64,000 nucleotides of DNA from Eledone cirrhosa (lineage: Eukaryota): positions 13,764,001-13,828,000 of the forward strand of contig OZ024760.1 of NCBI GenBank assembly GCA_964016885.1. The letters run 5' to 3'. Positions 12,045 through 25,517 of the stretch are shown here, one piece after another (positions within the stretch are counted from its first letter, which is position 1; each line of letters starts with the position of its first letter). The position numbers and the translations under genes were made by a program. The notes beneath the pieces are model-generated. The model did not search any database. It was not told where the DNA came from and was given only the letters and a program-made list of their open reading frames with translations.

Positions 12045-13550
12045 AAAGACAAATCCACCTCATGGACGAGAATGCAAGGGCTCCTCCTCTTTGTTTCGGC
12101 CGCGGATGGCTAACATAACCCCATCCCCGCTCCCCACTGCTCCCACCCTCTAAACCCAATCCAAAACTTCAGTGTAGGCACCTTAAAGGGTGGCTCTAAC
12201 GAGGTTGTAGAAATGCTTGAACGTAAGGAGGTCGATGTTTGTTGTATTCAAGAGACCAGGTGGAGGGGTGGGTCTGCTAGATTCATCGTGGGTAAAGAAC
12301 GATGCTATAAGCTTTTCTGGGTGGGAAATGACAATGGGCTGGGTGGAGTAGGAATCATGGTAGCAGATAAGATAATAGACGTAAATAGAGTGAACGACAG
12401 AATAATTAAAATAAGACTTGTCCTCAATAGAACTACGGTGACAGTAATATCTGCGTACGCACCCCAATCCGGACTGCCCGGCACTATAAAAGACAGATTC
12501 TATGAGACACTGATGCTCACTACCTCCCAAATAACCGACAGTGACTATATAATTATTGCTGGCGACCTAAATGGTCACGTTGGACAACATTGTGACGGCT
12601 ATGACGGAATCCATGGAGGCTATGGGTTTGGTACTAGAAATGAGGAAGGCTCCAGAATCCTGGAATTCTGTGACGCAAATAACCTAGCTATCTGTAACAC
12701 TAACTTCAAAAAACGAGACAATCACTTGATCACCTATAGATCGGGGGAACACACAAGCCAGGTAGATTATATCCTTACCAGGAGACGTGACAGAGTGTCT
12801 GTTGTAAACACTAAATCCCTCCCCCATGAAGAATGCACGTCTCAACATAGACTCATAATTAGTGACCTCGTAGTCAGGACGAGACGTATTCGACAACAGA
12901 AGAGGACTATCCCCAGGAGAAAAATATGGAAATTAAAGGACCCCACAGCCAGTCATAAATTTAAAAGCATATTACTTGATGCTTTTGATAGTAAGGAAAA
13001 GCAATTAGAGTCGTACAATATAGAGGAACAGTGGGAATTCCTGAAAGATAACCTGCTGAAGGCGACAGATCAAACCTGTGGCTGGAGCAGGCCTATAGGC
13101 AGGAGGAGAGTAACTTGGTGGTGGAACAGTAAGGTGGAGAGGTCAATCAAGGCCAAAAAGCAGGCTTGGAAAGCATGGCGGGATGGGGGAAAGTAGAGAA
13201 GACTATCAAGTGGCCAGGAGGGAAGCTAGGAGACAAGTGTACTTCGCAAGAAGGGAAGCAGAGGAAAGAAAGTTCAAGCATGTTCTACAATGCGAGGACC
13301 AAAAACGTGAGGTGTTCAGGATTGCTAGGCAATGTATCAAGGAAAACAGTGATATTGTCGGGGAGAAGTGTGTCCTAAATGATGATGGTGTACTTGCCAT
13401 CACTGACGCTGATAAGAAGGTAGCTTGGAAGTGTCACTACGAAAGGCTACTAAATGAGGAGAATAATTGGGAGAAAGACAGTCTCCCCCACATCGACCCA
13501 ATAGAGGGACCAGCAGTGCAAGTTGAAGGTAGTATAATAAGTAAGGCCTC
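12045..13550 (+). mobile_element. RTE-type LINE, 5' half (APE domain and linker), 3'-truncated
   Basis: The 327-aa ORF at 12213-13196 has [43 protein letters not shown] and SQHRLII. It continues after a frameshift (13183-13550) and stops abruptly at a microsatellite. Confidence 0.9.
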
Positions 13551-13559
13551 CATATACAT

Positions 13560-13616
<57 letters not shown>

Positions 13617-14925
13617 CATATATATATACACATACATACACATATACATACATATATATACATACATATACATATATACATATACATACATAAGCATATA
13701 CACATATACATAAGTATATATACATATACACACGTATATATACATATACATACATATATACACATACATACATATATACATACATATATACATATACACA
13801 TACATATACATACATATACATATACATACACATATATATATACATACACATATATACATACACATATATACACACATATACATACATATACATATACACA
13901 TATATACACATATATACACATACATACACATACATATACACATATACATATACATACATACACACACATACATACATATATATATACATACATAAAGACA
14001 AATCCACCTCATGGACGAGAATGCAAGGGCTCCTCCTCTTTGTTTCGGCCGCGGATGGCTAACATAACCCCATCCCCGCTCCCCACCCTCCAAACGCAAT
14101 CCAAAACTTCAGAGTTGGTACCATTAATGTAGGCACCTTAAAGAGTGGCTCTAACGATACATACATACATACACATACATACATACATACACATATACAT
14201 ACATATATATACATATACATACATACACATACATACATATATATATATACATAATATAAATATACATACATACACATACATAAGCATATACACATAAGTA
14301 TATATACATATACACACGTATATATACATATATATACATACATATATACATATACATACATATATACACATACATACATATATACATACATACACACATA
14401 TACATACATATACATACATATACACATACATACATATACATACACATACATATATATATATATACATACATACACACACATATATACATACACATACATA
14501 CACACACATACATATACACATATATACACATACATATACATACATACACACACATACATACATATATATATATACATATACATACATACACACACATACA
14601 TACATATATATATATACATACATAAAGACAAATCCACCTCATGGACGAGAATGCAAGGGCTCCTCTTTGTTTCGGCTGCGGATGGCTAACATAACCCCAT
14701 CCCCGCTCCCACCCTCCAAACGCAATCCAAAACTTCAGAGTTGGTACCATTAATGTAGGCACCTTAAAGGGTGGCTCTAACGAGGTTGTAGAAATGCTTG
14801 AACGTAAGGAGGTCGATGTTTGTTGTATTCAAGAGACCAGGTGGAGGGGTGGGTCTGCTAGATTCATCGTGGGTAAAGAACGATGCTATAAGCTTTTCTG
14901 TGTGGCAAATGACAATGGGCTGGGT
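13546..14925 (+). repeat. Two further tandem copies of the microsatellite plus RTE 5' end
   Basis: aaagacaaatccacctcatggacgagaatgcaagggctcc occurs at about 12045, 13994 and 14624. Each copy is preceded by the same compound (AT/AC)n pattern. Confidence 0.85.
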
Positions 14926-15157
14926 ATACACATACCACCACACCACCCCACCGCAAAGTGGTCGTGGAGGCGCCACGGCAAAATAGCACTCAGCCCACAT
15001 TGTAAAGCTGACGTGGAGGTGCCACGGAAAAAAAAAGCACCCAGCACTCACTGCAAACGGGGTTGGCGTCAGGAAGGGCACCCAGCTGTAGAAACCAATC
15101 CAGAATCAGCTCCCATCCCACCCTTGCAAGCATGGAAAAGCGGACGTATGATGAAGT

Positions 15158-15212
<55 letters not shown>

Positions 15213-15291
15213 CACATATACACATATACACATACATATATGTACATATATATACACATATATATATACACACACATATATATCAGTGTAC

Positions 15292-15326
<35 letters not shown>

Positions 15327-15945
15327 AATGAATATTTATTCAATTTAAAGCGCCAATTATCTATATATAACAAGATATGAATTTTTCTAGCGATGGGGAA
15401 ATTTTCAGTTTGTTTTTATATTTTCACTTCATTTTTTACTTTCTATTTAATACAGTCTTTGATCCAATATAATCCTGACAGTATTTGAACCAGTTTACCT
15501 CATATATATGTATGCACACACAACACTCAAGTTTCGCCATCTACTGCCATTTCATTCATATTTATTGTTTAATTAACTCTGGTCTAATTCATCAACTATT
15601 GTTAATTATATTATTACGTAGATTTCTTATAAAATCTAGTGCATATATACGTGTATATATACAGGGAGACACTTTAATAGATGTAAAGAGAGTGGGAGAT
15701 AGAGTTATAGAAGTAAAGAGAGGAGGAGAAATAAGCGGTAGATAGAGTAATAGATGTAAAGAGAGGGTTAGAACGTTCGACTTGACAGTCAGTACCAATG
15801 TTCAGCATGGTAGCCAGTACATATGCTAACTACCCAACCGGCCAGTCAGCCGTATTTGCGGTTGACTGGCCAGTTGGGCGGTTGGTATATGGAACGTTCA
15901 ACTACGCAGTCAGTACCAAAGTTCAACATTGTAGCCAGTGCATAT

Positions 15946-16962
15946 GCCGATCGCCGCGCCCTCTTTGCTCTTTTTCAATGACCTGGAACTAAGTAAAAAG
16001 AGTAGGAGATAACTCGACAAGAGCGGAGAGTGTGAGATTCGAACCATGTAAAGTCGTTGGCTCCTGAAGTTCGTAAGCGGGGCTGCTACTGACTGAGCAA
16101 CGCCGGCAGCAAGGCCAATCGCGCATAAAATAACGCTTATATCGACAAAAAAAACAAAAATTTCCATGTTGCACTCTTGTTTGTTGTTCATTTATTTTAC
16201 GTAAACATTTCGCTGCTCTAGCGTCTTAATTCCATTAAACATTCATTCTTAGTCTCGTGGTAAACTATTTCATCTATATTTATATCGCTGTTACAGCCTT
16301 TTATTTCTACATCTATCACCTATAGCCACTGTTACGCCGGTAGTATAAGTAGCTTTATAACAAGAAACGATGATATAACTCCACAAAATGTGTTCTTGAG
16401 CAAGACACTTCACTTCATATTGCTCCAGTACACCTAGTTACACATAGACAGATACATACATACACATATATATGTACACAGATAGAAATAAGAGGTAGAT
16501 GTAAAGAGAGGGAGATAGAGTAAAAGATGTAAAGAGAGTGGGAGAAATACGAGTTAGATAGTGTAAAAGATTTAAAGAGAGGGTGAGAGTGTGACACACA
16601 TTTATCTGTCTATCTCTCTCTATTTTAACACCGGTCGTTATAATTACTTTTATAACACCGCTATATTACCGACATGAAAGAGGTAAATAATTATTTCTTA
16701 AATGTATAGAACATGTTTCTTATTTATATTCTTAACATAGCTAGGACCTTATCTCATTTACTGGTCTCTACTTTTAGGACTTTGCTGGTTCCATGTGCCC
16801 TCCATCAAGACACACTCGTCCCTTCTCTAAGCCCCCGTACTAATTACTACACATACGTATATATATTTATTTTAAGAAACCTTAATGACAAATAATATAA
16901 AGTGTTTGTAAAGTGGGGAAGAGTAGTTTTACGGTGGGGTTGTTATATAGATATCGTTTTTC
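15946..16962. repeat. Third copy of the composite block
   Basis: Collinear with 7412-8362 from gccgatcgccgcgccctctttgctc to gttgttatatagatatcgtttt. Confidence 0.85.
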
Positions 16963-17054
16963 CATAAAGACTCTTCTTCAGAAAATTTTAAGATTCCTGA
17001 TTCTAGAGCCCCCACACTCTCGGGATGAATCGCTGTCGGTTGAAATTCTTTATA

Positions 17055-17447
17055 TATGGATTTGCAGTATCGGTAGAGGGTCAGACACCATGCTTTCCAG
17101 CATAGTTACGTCCCTTTACGATCTGAGTTCAAATCCCGCCGAGGTTGACTTTGCCTTTCATCCTTACGGGGTCGATAAAATAAAGTACCAGTAATGCACT
17201 GGGTAATTGCTGGCCTTGTGGCTAAAGTAGAAACAATTATTCTTTATATATATGAACGGTGGATTGGCAGTATCGGTAGAGGGTCGGACGCCATGATTTG
17301 AAGCATATAGTTACCTCCCTTTATGATCTGAGTTCAAATGCCGCCGAGGTTAACTTTGCCTTTCATCCTTACAGGATCGATAAAATAAAGTACAAGTAAT
17401 ACACTGGGATAATTGCTGGCCTTGTGCCAAAAGTAGAAACAATTATT
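17055..17447 (+). mobile_element. Two tandem copies of the MetaSINE-like SINE
   Basis: Head-to-tail copies at about 17055-17241 and 17256-17447, each with head, B box, central domain and tail. Confidence 0.8.
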
Positions 17448-18329
17448 CCTTATATATATAAAGATAGAGACAGAAATGTATATATATATAACAGCAACCA
17501 TTCTCTCTCTGCCTCTTTCTCTTTTAGTCTCTGTCTCTCTCCCATACAGTTACATAAGGTAAAGAAATTCAACATTGCGGCTCTCACTAATATATGAAAA
17601 GAAAGGCAATGTTTTAACTGACAAGTAATTAGATAGATAATTAGATACAACGTCGCGCACTCATATTATGTGTCTGTATGGCTGCTGTCTGAATACGTAA
17701 ATAAAACACTCACGAAGGGAGAGAACCAAATGGTAAAATATAGTTATCTCCCTTGAAATTATAATTTTTTTTAATAGAATTTTCATTTGTAGTTACGTGA
17801 GTAGGGTTAGGGTATCTCTCATATATATGAGAGAGAGAGAGAGAGATAGATAGATATGAGAGAGAGACATAAATATATGTATTGCTTAGATACACAGACT
17901 GCATTCCTTTCTCTCTGCCAAAGTGAAATTCTAATCGACACAAATCTTGGATTTTTACCGGAGTTAACTCATTACCTTCATCAACAACACCTGTAAAAGG
18001 TAAGTACATATATTTAGACGTGATTATTTTTCAATTTTCTCGTTTACGGGATTTATTTTAGGTCTCTTAGATATTTCCGACGAGACACGTGTTTGTCGTA
18101 ACAGGATATAGAAAGCTAATTAAGTAATTTAATTTTAATTTTATTTTTAAGAGTATATATATTTGTTATTGTTTTTTATATATCGATATATCTGCTAGCA
18201 TGTGTAGTGTGCAAATATATATATATATGTAAATATATATAAGCAAATATATATATATGTAAATTGTAAAGTAAATTGACAATATCTTTTTCTTCGCCCA
18301 CTTATTTCTGATAGGGTCGTGGAGGCAGA

Positions 18330-18890
18330 GTCCTTCTCAAACACTCTTCCAGCGAGTCTGTCAGTAGCAAACATCTCTAACTGATGCAGCTGGATCCCAA
18401 AGCGTGACCAGCTAAGCTCATGGATGTTATCCAACTATCTTGCTCAGGGTCTACCTCTGAGTCTCTTGACGGTTGGTTTTTACCTGTAAAAATGTGTCCA
18501 GCGATTCTTTACTGAGACATTCTTACCACATACTCATAATATCAGAGTTGGGATATCTCAATTCAGAGAATTAGTAGCTCTACCAGGAGTGACTCTGTTC
18601 TCTGGGTTATGCACTTTATCGAGTAACGTTACTCCAAAGAACCTTCGGAGGAATCCCATTTCTGCCACATTTATTTGCAATTGTATTCTTTTGGTCATTA
18701 CTCCAGATTCATGATCCTCGGTAAGAGTTGGCAGGAGTACCAGGAAGACATCGAGTTTGGCTTTTACACCTACCCCCTTTCTTTTGATTGCTGAATGCTG
18801 AGGCTGGTGCATTACTGCATCAGCTTTTGCAGTTCTTGCACTTAATTTAGCATCCTGCATTCCATCACTCATGAACACAGCTCCAAGAGA
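18330..18890 (-). mobile_element. RTE-type LINE 3' fragment
   Basis: VAEMGFLRRFFGVTLLDKV and RPRGRP..WMDNI are typical of RTE ORF C-termini. Confidence 0.65.
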
Positions 18891-19094
18891 ACTTCATTCA
18901 CATGTATATAAATTTGAGGGACTTCTGTCCACCCGTCCATCACACAATGTGTATGTGTGTGTAAAAGGAAGGAAAGGGATACACACATATGTCTAACTTA
19001 AAAACAGTGACACACACACACACACGTGTCTAATTTAAGAACGCCGACAAACTCGCACGTTAACATACACACACTGTCCTATTACCACTCATGA

Positions 19095-19720
19095 GCTTTG
19101 GCTCGGGCATACATCCCCTCAATTTTGAAACCGTCTGGGTTGTCCAGAATTGATGGGAAAAGACTTCACGGTCTTACTCTGTGCTCCTGGTCAAGAGGCA
19201 GGTGCCTTACCTGGGACGTCACAGTTAGTGATTCTTTTGCTTCTTCCCACATTCTGGATGCAGCGGTAAGGGCGAGAGCTACAGCATCCGCAGCTGAATG
19301 GAACAAAATCCTAAAATACCGTGTTCTGTCAGCTAACTACAATATCCAGCCTGGGGGAGTCGGGCTACTGACAGCGAGTTTCTTATCTTCACTGGTGGCT
19401 CACCAAACAGAGGTAACTGGTGATTCTCGTGAGGGCACTTGGTTATTCCAGCACCTCAGCCGTAACGCTGCGAGCGTGCTGGCCTGCCAAAAATATTATT
19501 AGAGAGGCTTCCCAGTGCTCCTCGCTATATTGCTATCTTTTGCTCTGGTAGCGGCACGTTTTCCATTCTTTCGTCTGCATATTGTTCTATGGTCTAAGAT
19601 GTGGGTATTACCGGCTTGTGTATTTTTCTCTTTCTTTTCCTTCGTATATATTATATTTGTTTGTGTTTTCCTTCTAATTATACAAATGAGTTAAACTGTG
19701 TTGTTAATAAATAAAACGTT
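19095..19720 (+). mobile_element. CRE-clade 3' fragment (REL endonuclease and 3' UTR)
   Basis: PSGLSRIDGKRLHGLTLCSWSRGRCLTWDVTVSDSFA...EGTWLFQHLS.RNAASVLA. Confidence 0.75.
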
Positions 19721-21104
19721 ATACTTGTTTTACCCTCTCATTTTTAATTCACTGAACAATATGAGTGTGTTTGTGTAAATGTATGTCTGTGAGGGTGTAT
19801 TTTTATAAGGGGTTGTTCTGCTTCTCTATTTCTTTCTCTCTCTTTGTCTGGAAGAAATCAACTGTTGAAACCTGATCAATGAAGGGCTCCACCAAGCTTC
19901 AAATGCCCACAGTGGGACCCTTATGACTACATCATTTAAAAAAAAAAAAAAAAAAAAAATGATCGATGTGTTTGTTTATTTTATAAACTGTAACTGATTT
20001 ATATTTCTGAAAAAATATCCACACATGTAAATAAAAACAATTTTATAACTTTAATATTTGTTGGATGGTACTTTCATGACAGTTCACATTTGAAAATACT
20101 TTACAACTTTCTTTTCTTCACCCATTTATTTCTGAGAGGGTTGTAGAGGGTAGACTCCTCACACACCCCTTGTAGGTCCTATTGTGGTGTACATTTCCTC
20201 TATACACTTCACAACCCCATCCCACACAACAGACACACATCTTGACACATCACAACACATACAAACCAGAATCTTGATTTTAGTGATTTTTTTTTTTTGT
20301 AACAAATCTCAACATCTCAGACCTTACTTACCAAGCGGAGTGGAACTCATCAGATTGGACCAAAGAAACAATGTTTCCATTGGTCTTTCCAATTGATGAT
20401 ATAATCTACCAGTTGTAACTCCTGGCAGATAGAGCAAGGTGAAATAAAGTGTTTTGCTGAAGGACTTAACACATCACCTAGTCTAGGAATTGAACTCAGA
20501 ACCTCATGGTTGTCAATCCAACTCTCTTACCACTAAGCTACATGTCTTCCTACGTTTTAGTGATAGTGGACAGTAAATGGTGATGATGATGGTCATTTTA
20601 TTTGATAGATTGACCAGTTGATCATTTCAGTGGTGTATTATTGCCTTTGTTTTCACAGGATCCCTTGAAGTCATGAGTAAAAGGTAATAGAGTATTGGTT
20701 AGGATCTTGGACTCAATGATAGATTTGTGAGTTCAATTCCTGGGCTGTCAGCATGTGTTGTACAATAAGACAATATATTTTATGTTGCTTCAGTCCAATC
20801 AGCTGTAAAAAAAAATTAGTTGTGACAACTCTTGTTCCAAGTTATATCGGCCTTTGACTTTCCTTTGGACAACAACATATAGTCTATATATATTCTGTGT
20901 ACTGAATATATATATATATAGTGATAACATGGTATGTATTGCTCTTTAGTTCTTAGTGCAGATTGTTTCATCCGGAATATATGACAACTAATTGTTTCCA
21001 GTGATTTCATTTCGTGACAGCTTGTTGACATCCATGCCAACTGATGTTGACAGTTTGTGGGTCATTTTGGAATGTGTTCCACCAGGTCATCTTCGGCTAA
21101 CCTC

Positions 21105-21700
21105 CTGAGCCGAAAAGGCGGAAATTTGAGCGAAAAGGTGGTATTTTCGAATATTTAAGCGGCTGCCACGCCGTTCCTGAAGAAAATATCCAAAATGTAA
21201 AGCCACTTTAAGACGTGAAATAATCAGATCTAGCGTAGTGTAAAATTTGAACAAAGTAGGTTGATTAATGTGGGAGCTAGAGCCGAAAAAGTGGAAATTT
21301 GAGTCTAAAAGTGGTATATTTTAATATTTAAGCGGCTGACACGCCGTCCCTGAACAACAAATGCAAAATATAAAGCCATTACAGGATGTGCAATGATAAA
21401 TTCTATTTTGCTTTAAAATTTGAACGCAATCGGTGGCAAAATGTGGGAGCTAGAGCCAAAAATCGTATTTTTCGATACCTAAAAAAAAAGGTGACCCCCC
21501 CCCCCCCCCCCCCCCATAGATTTTTATCTGCAGAATGACCCCGGAATGGAAAAAAAAACGATACGCTGATATATAGAAAACACTCCCCGATGACTAATCT
21601 ATGAGCCTGTAAAGTTTCACGAAAATCGGTCGTAAGATGTAGGCCCCTATAGGTAATACACAGACACACACACACACACATAATTTTATATATATACAGA
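21105..21700 (-). mobile_element. Non-autonomous Helitron/HINE-like element with internal subrepeats of about 172 bp
   Basis: The minus-strand 5' end reads A|TCTGTATATATATAAAA followed by (TG)n. Subrepeats gagccgaaaa..ggaaatttgag start at about 21107, 21279 and 21453. Confidence 0.55.
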
Positions 21701-22271
21701 TAAATGTGTCTATATATATATCTATCTTCTTCATTTGGTTATTATGGCTCTAGATATTGTCTATTGAGCTTCCTTATTGAGAAACACAAAATCCTAAACA
21801 TATTTGATGTTTTGATTCATTGTTTGTATATATATATATATATTTGTATATATATATGGATCTCAAGAATTTTACCCGCCATATATATATCTATATACAT
21901 CGTGCAATGTAAAGTGTGAAACAGCTTGTTACCAGTAACGTCACAGCTCATCATCATCATTTAACACCCACTTTCCCTGCTAGCAAGGATTGGTCAGGTC
22001 TTCACAAACCAGAGTGGAGTCAGGGTCCACATCTCGTTTACATACTGTCCCACATTCTACTGAGTGTATTGTATTGTGGCACCATTACTTCAGATGTTGT
22101 CATGTCTTCAACACAACTGAACGGTCCTCCCATCTTTTTGTTTGGCAAATTTTCTGTGGCTGGGTTCCCTTCCTATCACCAACAACTTAACATCATACAC
22201 TGGGAGCATTTATGTAGATCCTAAGACTATGGAGGTTGTCATATCCTTAACACAACTGAAGGGTCCTCAAA

Positions 22272-22675
22272 CACCTTCTTTGGTAAGCTTTCTATGTCTT
22301 GGGTAACAGTCTCCAGTGCGGTATTGATTCTCTGTTTGAGCTCCATCTCCCGTTTGCAGGAAGAGGGAGGACATAGACCAGGCCTTTCACACAGCCCCAG
22401 AGAAAAAAATCGCAAGGTGTCAGGTGAGGTGAACGTGGCGGCCATTTCAACAGCACATTGTCTTCATCACCAGCACCCCCGATCCATATCCCTCGCAGAT
22501 TATCATTGAGATAAGCCTGCACAGTGAGCTTCCAGTGAGGTGGAGCCACGTCCTGTTGAAAAATGAAGTCTTCATGTTCATTTGCAATGAGCTGATCCAT
22601 TAGCCAGTTCTGAAGCATTTGCAGATAAACATGGCCGGTGACTTTTGCCATTCCTATGAAATGTGGCCTCGTCAC
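22272..22675 (-). mobile_element. Tc1/mariner transposase fragment (maT/rosa-like C-terminal catalytic region)
   Basis: FIFQQDVAPPHW...WIG...KWPPRSPHLTPCDFFLWGCVKGLVY. Confidence 0.85.
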
Positions 22676-23789
22676 TTTGAGTGAATGCCATTTCTATACC
22701 CGAAAAGATAAACATATGAAACATTAAACATGTAAGTCATTTGAACGGGAACTGGCAAAGTTATTAGAGTGCGAAATGATATCAAATTTGTTTCTTTATA
22801 TTATCACCATTTTCGTTTAATGACAATTTTTCTATGCTTGCATGGGTTGGACGGGTCGTCTGGCCAGGGTTGTTTATGTGTCACACGTTGCTCCGTTCGG
22901 TTGTAGGTGTCTAAACAGCCGGAGCTCAGCCGTCGGGGTCTTGACTCTGTTCCTTATGACCCTCTATACGACCGTAAATATCGAGTACTCCGGTGCGGTA
23001 TGGTCCACGTGGTATGATGTATATATAATACATATTCTCTTACCTAGATAACCTAAACCTATAACATGTTTTGCAATAGTTTCCTATCTGATTAGCATTA
23101 TGTTCGATCCTACATTTTAATGTGCAACCCTTTAGCCTTCTGGCGCCAATTTAAGTTGTTTTTAAGGTCAGGCAGGTCAGAAATGTTTTATCATTGTTAT
23201 TACTGTTTAACTGAGACTTTTTGAAACGAAACTGTACCCACCCTCCATTTACTCAAGCCGACATGACTTAGCCTTGATGAAATAAATAAACGATACGAAA
23301 GAAAATACACAACCGTGGTGAGACGTGTACACAGATACATATATTTTCCGACACCATCGGCAATTTTCAACAACAACACCACCATGATGGTAGTTGTGTT
23401 GTTGGTGGTGGTGGTGTTGTTTATGTTGATGGTGTGGTGGTGATGTTACACACACTCACATACATACTACAACTGCAAAAATTAAGAAACGGGAAGAGGA
23501 GGGTGGTAGGAAAAACTAGTGTCGCAAAAGAGAGGGTAGAGGTGAAGGGAGAGGATGATGGGGCTTCGAGCGTAGAGGCCTAAGAGTCGTGCCTCGCGGA
23601 CAATGGCCAGCGACACCCGCTGCAACAGCCAGCCAACAACGTTCCGACGTTGTTTTGGAGCTCGGCTGTACGAGTGAGGTGTCGGCGGTGGTGACCTTCC
23701 CTCGTATTTGTTTATTTTCCGTTATTTTTTTTTTTTTTGTGAGGCTGGCGGAGAACGTGACACAAGATGTGGTGTCACCATCTCCACAG

Positions 23790-24000
23790 AGTCGGGCCGC
23801 TGACTGCGAGGTTCCTCTCTTCACTGGAGGCTCGCCTAATAGAGGTAACTGGCGAGGGCGCTTGTTTCTTCCAGCACCTCAGCCATCACTCGAGGTAACA
23901 CTGCCAGTGTGCTGGCTTGCCTCAAATTTTTTTAGAGAGGTTGCCCAGTACCCCTGACTACTGTCTTTTGCTCTGGTGTTGGCTCCGTTTTCCACCCCTT
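23790..24000 (+). mobile_element. CRE-clade 3' end remnant
   Basis: Nucleotide similarity to 19365-19565, e.g. gaggtaactgg...ttccagcacctcagcc...gtgctggc...agagagg...ttttgctctggt. Confidence 0.6.
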
Positions 24001-24974
24001 CAATTTATACTGTTACTTAAGCATTTGTAGTGTTATGTATATATTTAAAACATATTTATGTTATTCTACTGTAAATTTATTTATATGCTTTGTATATATC
24101 ATGTGTTTATATTTTCACTCCCATTTGTAACGTTATTTAATATATAATAATTGTTTCTACTTTTGGCACAAGGCCGGCAAATATTCAGTGTATTACTGGT
24201 ACTTTATTTAATATATAATAACATTTCAAATTGTAAGATGTAAATAATTGTTCCAAATGTATTTAGTTGATAAACTATCAAATTTCTCTTTTATTCACAG
24301 TTGTATAAATAACATTAGAAATCGTTTGCAATTCTTTCAGAATGAAAATATAAACAGAGCATATAAATAAATTTACAGTAGAATAACATAAATATGTTTT
24401 AAATAGTGATACCTTGAGATACGAATGAACCGACATACGAGTTTTTTTTAGATACGAGCTAACGCGTGCCTGAGAGGGGTGCAGAATTAATTTCGCCCGG
24501 TGAACCCCAACCAAAGTTACTCCCGTCGTTTATATCCGTAAAGTGACTAAAGATTAAAACAAATGTAATATATTTACGGTTAGGGTTGGTGCGATACTTG
24601 GTTTTAGTGTCCTAAATTATCATCGACATTCAGTTATTAGCTCCACCGACTACACGATACGCCACGACACGTCATCAGCTGCTGCTGCTTGATTTTTACA
24701 TGTTAATTTTCTTACATGCTTCATTTTTACACGAAAAAACATTGAATTTTTCGAATAAATATTTATTAAAATATTAACAGAGAAAATTAGATTTTTGATT
24801 TAATTTTTTAACAAAATAAATATTTATTTACAGTTTTTCACAGAAAAAATATGCTTCATTTTTACATGAATATTTATTTACAGTTTTTAACAGAAAAAAT
24901 ATTGCTGCGAAATACATTTTTTTTTTAAACAGATTTACAGTTTTTAACAGAAAAAAAATTCTTTAAACAATATA

Positions 24975-25517
24975 TTGTTGCGATATACAGTAAATTTTTT
25001 TTACCTGTGCAATTTTATGCGTGATGTATGTAGTGAATGGGTTGAGCAAAATCCGGCGATACTCGGTGGTCTTGATTCTAACGGAATACGAATAACTGTA
25101 CAAATTGATGAGAGCAAATATTTTTATCGTAAATATGCTCGTGGGCTCTGGCATGAAGGACATTGTGTCATTGGCGCAATTGATACTAATAATTCCCGCA
25201 ATATTTTTCTCCATGAAATCCCTGATCAGGCTGCTGAGACTGCTGCCTCTCATTGAAAGGCACTGTGCAAATGGATCTATGATCCATACAGATGAGTGGC
25301 GGGTATGCCAAATTTGCCTGGTCGTTATACACATCTCACTGTCAATCATTCAAAAAGCATTTCGTTGATCCCATATCAAGTACATACACGCAAAATATTG
25401 AGGGGGGTGTGGTCTGATGCCAACAAGAAACTAAAACGCATCAATGGTACCAGCCGACCAATATTTCAGTCGTATTTAAGGCAGTTTGAGTGGCAATGTC
25501 ACGTATCCAACTGGTGA
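24975..25517 (+). mobile_element. Merlin (IS1016/ISXO2-like) DDE transposase pseudogene
   Basis: VQIDESKYFYRKYARG, VIGAID, LLPLIERHCANGSMIHTDEW, HLTVNHSK, GVWSDANKKLK and SYLRQFEW are spread across frameshifts. Confidence 0.8.

Noticed and set aside
11421-15380. Long YIYI/CVCV/HTHT ORFs
   Set aside because: These are translations of (AT/AC)n microsatellites, open in many frames.
16030-16108. tRNA gene on the minus strand
   Set aside because: A/B-box-like motifs are present but there is no cloverleaf or acceptor stem. It is a SINE-like head.
18070-18110. Hammerhead-like ccgacga-gac..gtc-gtaac
   Set aside because: Core positions are mutated and there is no convincing stem I or III. At best a decayed remnant.
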